A model generated the notes under the pieces. The model worked only from the letters and a program-made list of their open reading frames with translations. It was not told the origin of the DNA and did not search any database. 20,789 bases of DNA from Alistipes onderdonkii (GTDB taxonomy: Bacteria; Bacillota; Clostridia; Lachnospirales; Lachnospiraceae): assembly GCA_963621925.1 (NCBI GenBank), contig CAVFGF010000020.1:1-20789 (forward strand), written 5' to 3'. Of the stretch, positions 6,874 to 13,536 are shown one piece after another (positions within the stretch are counted from its first letter, which is position 1; the number at the start of each line of letters is the position of its first letter). The position numbers were made by a program, and so were the translations under genes.

Positions 6874-8816
6874 CAAGAAAATATCCGAATCTCTGCAAGC
6901 CCATCACCCTGGGGCGAGTTACCTTCAAAAACCGCATGTTTTCTGCACCCATGGGCGGAACCGATATCACCAACGACGGCTGCATCGGTCCCAAATCCAC
7001 GGCCTTCTACGAGCTTCGCGCCAAAGGCGGAGCCGCGGCCGTGACCGTCTCTGAATGTATGGTCCACCCGAAGACCGACGGAAGCCACGCCTATCATCTG
7101 GATCCCGCCATTCTGAATTCCCTGGCCTGCGCCACCTACACCGCCGACGCTATCCGGCGTCACGGCTGTATCCCGTCCATCGAGCTGTCCCATTCCGGTA
7201 TGTACGCCGGAACCTATATGACGGATAAGACCAAGCAGAAGACCATGTGCCAGTGGGGTCCCTCCGCCTGTGTGCGTCCCGACGGCGTGCAGGTGCAGGA
7301 GCTGACCCAGGAGCTCATCGACGACATTGTCGCTTCCTACGGACAGGCTGCCGCTATGGCCAAGCGCGCGGGCTTTGAGATGATTATGATCCACGGCGGA
7401 CACGGCTGGCTTATCAACCAGTTCCTGTCCCCCATGTTCAATCATCGGACAGACACTTACGGCGGAAGCCCAGAGAACCGCTGCCGTTTCGCCATCGAGG
7501 TTCTGAAGGCCGTAAGAGAGGCTGTCGGTCCGTTTTTCCCCATTGAATTCCGCATGAGCGGCGCCGAATACGTGGAAGAAGGCTATGACCTGGCCGGAGG
7601 CGTTCAGATCGCGCAGATCCTGGAGCCCTACGTGGATCTCCTGCATGTATCCGCCGGAACCTATCAGCGAACCTTCGGAGAGACCCATCCCTCTATGTTC
7701 AAGGAGCACGGCTGCAACGTCTATCTGGCTGCCGAGATCAAGAAGCATGTGAAGGTTCCTGTCGCTACCATCGGCGGTCTCAATGACCCGGCACAGATGG
7801 AAGAGATCATTGCTTCCGGTAAGGCAGACGTGGTGGAAATGGCTCGGGCCTTGCTTGCGGATCCCTATCTTCCTGAAAAAGTGACCCGGAACCGGGATGA
7901 TGCGATCGTTCGGTGTCTGCGCTGCTTCACCTGTATGGCAGAGCGGGCCGCTACTTCTACCAGACGCTGTACCGTCAATCCGCTCATCGGCCGTGAGCTG
8001 GAGGGCGACGTCATTTATCCGGCTCCCGTGAAGAAAAAAGTTCTGATCGCGGGCGGCGGCCCCGGCGGCCTGTACGCGGCCTATACCGCAGCCAGACGCG
8101 GCCATGAGATCATCCTCTGCGAAAAAGAAGCAGAGCTTGGCGGCATCCTGAAAAGCGAGCAGGCTCTCCCGTTCAAGTACGAGATGTACCAGCTCACCGG
8201 TGTCTATGAGAAAATGGCTCGGGACGCAGGCGCGGAAATCCGCCTGAATACCGAGGTCACTCCCGCCTACGTGGAGAAGGAAGCCCCGGACGCGCTGATT
8301 ATCGCAGTGGGATCCCGGCCCCTGATTCCGCCCATCAAGGGCATCGACGGAGACAATGTCATCGTCGTAAATAATTATTATAAAGAGACTGACAAGTGCA
8401 GTGATCACGTAGTCGTATTCGGCGGCGGACTGGCCGGATGCGAATGTGCTATCCACTTGGGCATGGAAGGAAAACACGTAGAGCTTGTGGAGATGCGGGA
8501 TACGCTCGCACCGGATGCGAATGTACGTCACCGTCCCCTCCTTTTAAAGGAGATCGACAAATACGTGACCGTCCACACCGGCCTTCGCGGCATCGAAGTG
8601 ACCGACAAGGGCGTTCTGTGCATGGATAAGGACGAGCATACCGTACTGGTTCCCGGAGAGACCGTCATCTGCGCCCTGGGTCAGCGCTCCCGAACCGATA
8701 TCGTAGAACAGCTCCGCGACAGCGCCCCGTCTGTCTCCGTCATCGGAGACGCGGAGAAGGTCGCAACGATTACGAACGCTGTATACCGCGGCTATCATGC
8801 GGCATTAGATTTATAA
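6870..8816 (+). CDS. Two-domain NADH:flavin oxidoreductase: OYE-like FMN domain + 4Fe-4S Cys cluster + FAD/NAD(P) domain. Belongs to the 2,4-dienoyl-CoA reductase / 2-enoate reductase / BaiCD-BaiH family. 648 aa
   Basis: HGGHGWLINQFLSP (OYE signature). CLRCFTCMAERAATSTRRCTVNP (Cys cluster). LIAGGGPGGLYAA and VVFGGGLAGCECA (two GxGxxG folds). AAGGAG lies 7 nt upstream. Confidence 0.9.
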   Translation: MTRKYPNLCKPITLGRVTFKNRMFSAPMGGTDITNDGCIGPKSTAFYELRAKGGAAAVTVSECMVHPKTDGSHAYHLDPAILNSLACATYTADAIRRHGCIPSIELSHSGMYAGTYMTDKTKQKTMCQWGPSACVRPDGVQVQELTQELIDDIVASYGQAAAMAKRAGFEMIMIHGGHGWLINQFLSPMFNHRTDTYGGSPENRCRFAIEVLKAVREAVGPFFPIEFRMSGAEYVEEGYDLAGGVQIAQILEPYVDLLHVSAGTYQRTFGETHPSMFKEHGCNVYLAAEIKKHVKVPVATIGGLNDPAQMEEIIASGKADVVEMARALLADPYLPEKVTRNRDDAIVRCLRCFTCMAERAATSTRRCTVNPLIGRELEGDVIYPAPVKKKVLIAGGGPGGLYAAYTAARRGHEIILCEKEAELGGILKSEQALPFKYEMYQLTGVYEKMARDAGAEIRLNTEVTPAYVEKEAPDALIIAVGSRPLIPPIKGIDGDNVIVVNNYYKETDKCSDHVVVFGGGLAGCECAIHLGMEGKHVELVEMRDTLAPDANVRHRPLLLKEIDKYVTVHTGLRGIEVTDKGVLCMDKDEHTVLVPGETVICALGQRSRTDIVEQLRDSAPSVSVIGDAEKVATITNAVYRGYHAALDL

Positions 8817-8836
8817 AAGCGTCATCCCTTTTAAAA

Positions 8837-8895
8837 TAAGAATGAGGATGCTGCCCGGCTTTTCTTTCCTGCGGCAGGATCCTCATTCTTTTGTC
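8837..8895. terminator. Bidirectional intrinsic terminator between convergent units
   Basis: Hairpin arms 8837..8854 and 8872..8890 (about 17 of 18 bp paired). T-run on the + strand (8888..8892), and an A/T-rich tract upstream gives a U-run for the minus-strand transcript. Confidence 0.75.
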
Positions 8896-8946
8896 TTCTC
8901 TGTTCTTTTATCTTTTGTATGTTTCATGTCTCTTGCCCTCTGTACT

Positions 8947-9132
8947 CTACAGAGTCAAATTCTCTACATTTACTCCCATAGAAGCAAGCATGGCCATCAG
9001 TGTTTTGATTTGATAATCCAATTCCTCATTTACAGTTTCTCCGTTCGCTTTTTTGATACGCTGTAAACTCGTGTATCTGTCAATCGTAACAGTGACCAAT
9101 TCCTTATCGCTCATTTCTTCCACTCTTTCCAC
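8947..9132 (-). CDS. Small hypothetical protein (61 aa from GTG at 9132, or 55 aa from ATG at 9114)
   Basis: Open frame with protein-like, helical-looking composition (SDKELVTVTIDRYTSLQRIKK...). I recognised no family. The RBS is weak and the start is uncertain. Confidence 0.45.
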   Translation of the reverse strand: MERVEEMSDKELVTVTIDRYTSLQRIKKANGETVNEELDYQIKTLMAMLASMGVNVENLTL

Positions 9133-9149
9133 CGCCTTTCTGTACTTAC

Positions 9150-9178
9150 AGTATAGCGGATTTATGTATTATTTACAA
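9150..9178 (-). promoter_or_regulatory. Candidate promoter for the small ORF at 8947..9132
   Basis: Minus strand TTGTAA (9173..9178), 17 nt, TATACT (9150..9155), immediately after the FHA gene stop. Confidence 0.4.
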
Positions 9179-9185
9179 GCTTCTT

Positions 9186-10163
9186 TTACCCTTCCACCAC
9201 ATACCGGACATCCGCAAATCCCACGGAATCGCCGGGCCGCAGGCGTGCTTTTTCATTGATTCCCAGACGTCCGCCGTTTAAGAATGTACCGTTTGTAGAA
9301 TTCAGATCCGTCAGGTAATAGCAGTCCTCCTCCCGGGAGATTTTGGCATGAATTCTGGAAATTCCGCGGGCCTTCAGCCAGCCGTCCACCGCATCCTTTT
9401 TTTTGCCAAGCAGGAAGCTCTCTTTGTTGATTCGAAGATCCGGCTGAGAAGTATTTTCACTGCGCAGAAACAGTCCCGGTTCTCGAAGCTTCGAAAGGCA
9501 GGCTGTCCCTCCCGGAGCTGCTTCGACCCATTCCGGGAAATTCTCTGCCAGGCGATCTACCTTTATTTCTTCCGCCTGCTTCTCCTTCTCGCACGCATCG
9601 TAGGAAAGCCCCGGTTCTTTTTCTGAGCGATTCTCCCCCCATTCCTCCAGAAGCCTTCGAATCGATGGATTTTCCTCTCCCGCCATCCGATAAAATTCAT
9701 AGCCTAAGGTCACCGCACCGGAGTCCTGCCGATCCAGATGATCGAGAAGATACTCCGCCAGACCCAGCCATCCGCCGGATGCTTCTGCTTCCTCAAAAGG
9801 ATAGAAGCAGACCCAGATCCTCCAGGTATCCGGATCGAGATAAATAAAATCCGGCTGCAGCAAGATCCGTCCGGTATCCAAAAGATACTCCTCCCCCATT
9901 TCCGCTGCTCTCTCGATTCCTTCCAGGAGCTTCTTCATCTCACCGAGACCGATGCGCTTTCGCTCCAGCACAAGCCGCAGGTTCTGCCTGGACGTAATTT
10001 CATAATAGAACGATGCATCCCTGTCAACTCTTGTCATACGACATTCCAGGAACCCCGGAATCCGGTTCTTTAAAAACATCTGTATCTGATAATTACTCTG
10101 AAACTCCTTTTCCTCCAGAACCAGATAATTGTGATCCAGCTCCCGTCTGTAGCTAACCTCCAT
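9186..10163 (-). CDS. FHA-domain protein with a ~200-aa N-terminal domain of unknown function (recalled as DUF6382-like), 325 aa. Last gene of the Tad operon
   Basis: The C-terminal FHA signature is LLGKKKD..., GISRIHAKI (R, SxxH), TDLNSTNGTFLNG (NGT) and LRPGDSVGFA. The ATG lies 4 nt downstream of the preceding stop codon. Confidence 0.85.
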   Translation of the reverse strand: MEVSYRRELDHNYLVLEEKEFQSNYQIQMFLKNRIPGFLECRMTRVDRDASFYYEITSRQNLRLVLERKRIGLGEMKKLLEGIERAAEMGEEYLLDTGRILLQPDFIYLDPDTWRIWVCFYPFEEAEASGGWLGLAEYLLDHLDRQDSGAVTLGYEFYRMAGEENPSIRRLLEEWGENRSEKEPGLSYDACEKEKQAEEIKVDRLAENFPEWVEAAPGGTACLSKLREPGLFLRSENTSQPDLRINKESFLLGKKKDAVDGWLKARGISRIHAKISREEDCYYLTDLNSTNGTFLNGGRLGINEKARLRPGDSVGFADVRYVVEG

Positions 10164-10167
10164 TCTC

Positions 10168-10590
10168 CTATTCCTTTCCCAAGATTAATTTTAGCTGTCG
10201 GCTTCTTCGAAGCGTACTTACCGGATTCTGCCTCGCGGCATACTCCTGTTCGCCGATTTCCAGGCCGCCCAGCAGAGGGCTGTATCCCTGATAGCTTACG
10301 GTAATTTTCCCTGCTGATACCTCGACGCTACTTTCCGTCACCTGCAAAAGATAGAGCCGCCCGTCTACGAGACCCGCCGCCTCCGTTCGAAGGGAACTCT
10401 CCAGATGCGCGTCCGTCTCATATTTCCTTGCCGCACCCTTCCCTGCCAGCTCTGCCGCACAGGAGGCCAGCACACTCCGGTCATGCCAATATAGCCCCAG
10501 ACACAGCATCACAAAGCAGATCAGGAGCAAAAAAGGCAACACAATAGAAGCCTCCACTGTTACGCTTCCCCTTTTCCAATTTTTTTTCAT
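10168..10590 (-). CDS. TadE-like pseudopilin, 140 aa
   Basis: The internal ATG at 10590 gives MKKNWKRG/SVTVEASIVLPFLLL, which is a TadE N-terminal motif with G-x4-E. It has an ATGA overlap with the peptidase stop. The longer track ORF (to 10956) overlaps the peptidase gene out of frame. Confidence 0.75.
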   Translation of the reverse strand: MKKNWKRGSVTVEASIVLPFLLLICFVMLCLGLYWHDRSVLASCAAELAGKGAARKYETDAHLESSLRTEAAGLVDGRLYLLQVTESSVEVSAGKITVSYQGYSPLLGGLEIGEQEYAARQNPVSTLRRSRQLKLILGKE

Positions 10591-11003
10591 AGTGCCATCC
10601 GTATTAGCTGTGCCAAAAATAAAAAAGGTACGAGGGGAACCCGATCTCGAAGATGAACTTTCCCGAGAAGCATCCCCATACTCAAAATCACTGCACATAC
10701 TCCAAATCCCATCCATAGTAATGCGAAATTGTCTGCTGCTCCGAGCAAAAGCCCCGTAGCGCAAAAGAGCCACCCATCTCCCGGCCCGATGGCGCCTCGG
10801 GAGAAAAAGGACACCAGCAGCAAGCCCACACCGATGCCTAAGTCTCCCGCCGCTTTCCAGGTTACAGCTCCGGATTCCCAGATATTTCCAATCGCACCCA
10901 TTGCCGCAGAAGCCACCAGGCTTATCATGCAAACCTCTCTTTTTTTCCAGTCCCATATACTATTGAGAAGCAGCAGTGCCGTCACATAATATTCTCTCCA
11001 CAT
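10587..11003 (-). CDS. A24-family Flp prepilin peptidase (TadV/CpaA-like), 138 aa
   Basis: Polytopic membrane protein with two Asp motifs (WDWKKREV and GPGDGW). GGAGG lies 8 nt upstream of the ATG. Confidence 0.85.
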   Translation of the reverse strand: MWREYYVTALLLLNSIWDWKKREVCMISLVASAAMGAIGNIWESGAVTWKAAGDLGIGVGLLLVSFFSRGAIGPGDGWLFCATGLLLGAADNFALLWMGFGVCAVILSMGMLLGKVHLRDRVPLVPFLFLAQLIRMAL

Positions 11004-11007
11004 TTTC

Positions 11008-11907
11008 TCAGCCTCCGCATATCGAACAGGGTGGCAGGATTGTTTCGGACAGCGGCACCGTATGAATTCCCCGAATCAATGCCGAACAATTCAGACTCTG
11101 ATGGTATCTCGTGCCATCCTCCGTCAAAAAGACCCGTTCCGTCCCTTCCTTCCAGCATTTCTCACAAGGGTAGTATTTTCCTCCGGATTCGTTGCGAAGT
11201 CCCGCTACTTTCGAAAGTTCGCTTTGGTGAATGGTGAGTTTCAGATAGCGACAGCTCAAATCCCGATGATAGACCGTCCCATAATCTGTCACATAGACCA
11301 CCTCATTTTTCTCATTCTCTCCGCCGGAGACGCGCCCTTGAAAGCCGGTCCATCCACGCACCACTCTTTTTTCCACAATCCGCACCGGGTGAAACCAGGT
11401 AAGTCCCGGCGGAAATACCGTCTCCGCTGAGGCCTCCAGCGTGATGAGCGACTCTTCCTCCTTCCAGCTGCTGCCAAGCATTGAAATGCCTGCTGTTCCT
11501 CCCTTCAGAATGGCTGTCGCTGCCCTTCCATCCAGGTAATTTTTCATTTTCTGCTGTCCATACAGCATCACTGCCACCGATGAGCCTGTGCTCCCTGCCG
11601 TCTCTGCATACTCCGCAGCCGCGGCCAGCTGCTTTCCGCTATCTGTGAGACTTCTCCCCATCTCTGTCTTTAGCTGCACCATCGCCAGCAGATATATAAA
11701 GGCTGTCACTGTCAGAAGAAACAGTGGAAAAACCAGGGCCGCCTCCACTGTGATACTTCCTTTTTCTTCGGAGATGCACCGTGATGTTCTCCCGCGTACA
11801 GAGCAAAAAACCGATTGGTTAGATAGCATAAGATCAGCAGTTCTGCCGTCATCCACTGCCTGGAGAGCTTTGAAATTTTTTAGACATGTTCCTTTACGAA
11901 AGAACAT
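11008..11907 (-). CDS. TadE-like pseudopilin with a C-terminal tandem His/Cys module, 299 aa
   Basis: Preferred start is the ATG at 11907 (or GTG at 11910), because AAAGGAGGTG lies 4-7 nt upstream and follows the previous stop codon. TadE motif EKG/SITVEAALVFPLFLL. The C-terminus has two copies of G-T-x-YH-x4-C ... PC-x2-C. Confidence 0.75.
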   Translation of the reverse strand: MFFRKGTCLKNFKALQAVDDGRTADLMLSNQSVFCSVRGRTSRCISEEKGSITVEAALVFPLFLLTVTAFIYLLAMVQLKTEMGRSLTDSGKQLAAAAEYAETAGSTGSSVAVMLYGQQKMKNYLDGRAATAILKGGTAGISMLGSSWKEEESLITLEASAETVFPPGLTWFHPVRIVEKRVVRGWTGFQGRVSGGENEKNEVVYVTDYGTVYHRDLSCRYLKLTIHQSELSKVAGLRNESGGKYYPCEKCWKEGTERVFLTEDGTRYHQSLNCSALIRGIHTVPLSETILPPCSICGG

Positions 11908-11926
11908 CACGGTACACCTCCTTTCT

Positions 11927-13321
11927 TTACCACTCATAGCAAAACTGACGTTCTGCCGTATATTCCTGCCCTTTCTCTGCGATTACCCGAATTTGAAAGG
12001 CATCGATACATTGATCGATATAAAACCATTGTCCTTCCGCTTCCCGAACTACCCCCTCTATGACATCCAGACTTCTCATGATACGATTTTCCCGACCGGT
12101 CAGGGTAAGAAGGATTCCCAGATAGTCCCGATACAAAAGTCCGCCGGCATCCTCTGAATCATCCAGCTCCGACCAACCACCCGACTCCAGAGCACCGGTC
12201 AAAGAGACTCTCCAGGTCGCCGCACTCTTTTGAAAAGCCACCCGTTTTCCGTTCAGCAAAAACCGCACATCCATCACACTTTCTGCAAAGGCCCAGGCCA
12301 AAAGCAATACCTGCTTTACTGCCTCCACCAGCCCCGGAATCATCGTTGCTCCCACGAGGGCTGCTGCCAGCGCTGCACACTCTGCCACCTTGCCGGAGTC
12401 CGACAAAAGATAGGCGTAATTTACACCCTCCCGAATCGCCAACAGACGGCCGCAGACAGCTTCCAGATTCTCAATATCCGTCTCCTTCCCAGCGATCAGA
12501 TACTCCAGCTGGTAATCGAGCCAGGGGCCACTTTCTTTTTCTCCTGTCAAAAAAGAAGAGGCATAGGTGAAATGCTCCAGAAGATAGGCCAGAAACCAGG
12601 CATCATTGACAAGTCCAGGCGTATTGCGTCCGCGAGAGCCCGCTCCCGCTGCAAGCGTTCTCTTCGACGGGCTTTCGGCGGTATCCGTCCGTTTTCCGGA
12701 TACCGCTCCCGGATCCTTCAAAACCAGCTGCAGAATACTGCTTTTTTTCAGACTTTCGGTATACTCCGCGGGATTTGGCGTCCCTGTTTCCTCTTCCTCT
12801 TCTCTGCGTCTTCTCAGCTCCTCCAGGTTCTGATTCTCACGACTGTCCGCCTCCCGGTAGCCGGCTTCCTGCTCTGCAGCCTGCTGCCCGTATTCCTCAT
12901 ATTCCTTCCATTTTTCCAGCAGATTCGCTCCCGTCTTTGCTTTCATAACCGAAACCGCCTGTTCATAATAAGCCGTTCCCCGTTCATCCGTCGCCCTGGC
13001 ATAATTCCAGGTTTCCAGAGCCTTTACCTGCCCGCTCCCCAGGTTCCGGTTCAGGAATTTTGTCGCCCTTTGCTCGAGATAATCTGTCTTTTCTGCCCCT
13101 CCGCCATAGCTCAAATCCAGATAAAAAAGCTCATATTGCTCCCAAAGCTTCACCTGATACTCCGAAAGTACCGAATATTCGCTCAGCTCCAGTGCCTCCT
13201 CGAACTGACTGCGAAAGAGTGCATATCCGGCTGACTGATACAAGGCCTGAAAGAAAAACAGTACCACGGAAAGCAGCAGACTCAGAAAAACCGTAACTTC
13301 TCCCCGTTTCTGCCTCCTCAT
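11927..13321 (-). CDS. Large pilin-like or assembly membrane protein (recalled as DUF5702-like), 464 aa
   Basis: N-terminus MRRQKRGEVTVFLSLLLSVVLFFF (basic leader, Gly, hydrophobic helix). Acidic coiled region (EELRRRREEEEE). Conserved-looking C-terminal region (DYQLEYLIAGK...). It sits between flp and tadE-like. Confidence 0.75.
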   Translation of the reverse strand: MRRQKRGEVTVFLSLLLSVVLFFFQALYQSAGYALFRSQFEEALELSEYSVLSEYQVKLWEQYELFYLDLSYGGGAEKTDYLEQRATKFLNRNLGSGQVKALETWNYARATDERGTAYYEQAVSVMKAKTGANLLEKWKEYEEYGQQAAEQEAGYREADSRENQNLEELRRRREEEEETGTPNPAEYTESLKKSSILQLVLKDPGAVSGKRTDTAESPSKRTLAAGAGSRGRNTPGLVNDAWFLAYLLEHFTYASSFLTGEKESGPWLDYQLEYLIAGKETDIENLEAVCGRLLAIREGVNYAYLLSDSGKVAECAALAAALVGATMIPGLVEAVKQVLLLAWAFAESVMDVRFLLNGKRVAFQKSAATWRVSLTGALESGGWSELDDSEDAGGLLYRDYLGILLTLTGRENRIMRSLDVIEGVVREAEGQWFYIDQCIDAFQIRVIAEKGQEYTAERQFCYEW

Positions 13322-13327
13322 TTCCGT

Positions 13328-13516
13328 TTATACCAGGCGACTCTGACTGGTAATCTTATCAAAGATTTCATTGACCAGAGAGGTCAGCTGACTCTTAAAG
13401 ATCAATACCAGCGCAATCAATACGACAAGAATCAGAATCATCTCTACCGTTCCGATACCTCTTTCATCCTCCAAAACACGCTTCCATACTTTTTTCCATC
13501 CATTCCATACATGCAT
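13328..13516 (-). CDS. flp: Flp-family type IVb(c) prepilin, 62 aa
   Basis: The leader ends ...EDERG/IGTVEMILILVVLIALVL, which fits the G/x4-E-[YM]-hydrophobic Flp motif. AGGAGG lies 9 nt upstream of the ATG, the strongest RBS in the operon. Confidence 0.8.
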   Translation of the reverse strand: MHVWNGWKKVWKRVLEDERGIGTVEMILILVVLIALVLIFKSQLTSLVNEIFDKITSQSRLV

Positions 13517-13536
13517 CTTTCTTTTCCTCCTATTTT

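Noticed and set aside
10168-10956. The 262-aa version of the ORF containing the second TadE-like gene.
   Set aside because: Its first 122 codons overlap the prepilin-peptidase gene in another frame and translate to Arg/Gly/Ser-rich sequence. The internal ATG at 10590 gives a canonical TadE N-terminus and an ATGA coupling to the peptidase stop.
11908-11937. The upstream ATG (11937) as start of the His/Cys-tailed TadE-like gene.
   Set aside because: That start has no SD and overlaps the preceding gene. AAAGGAGGTG lies immediately after the preceding stop and is correctly spaced for GTG 11910 or ATG 11907.
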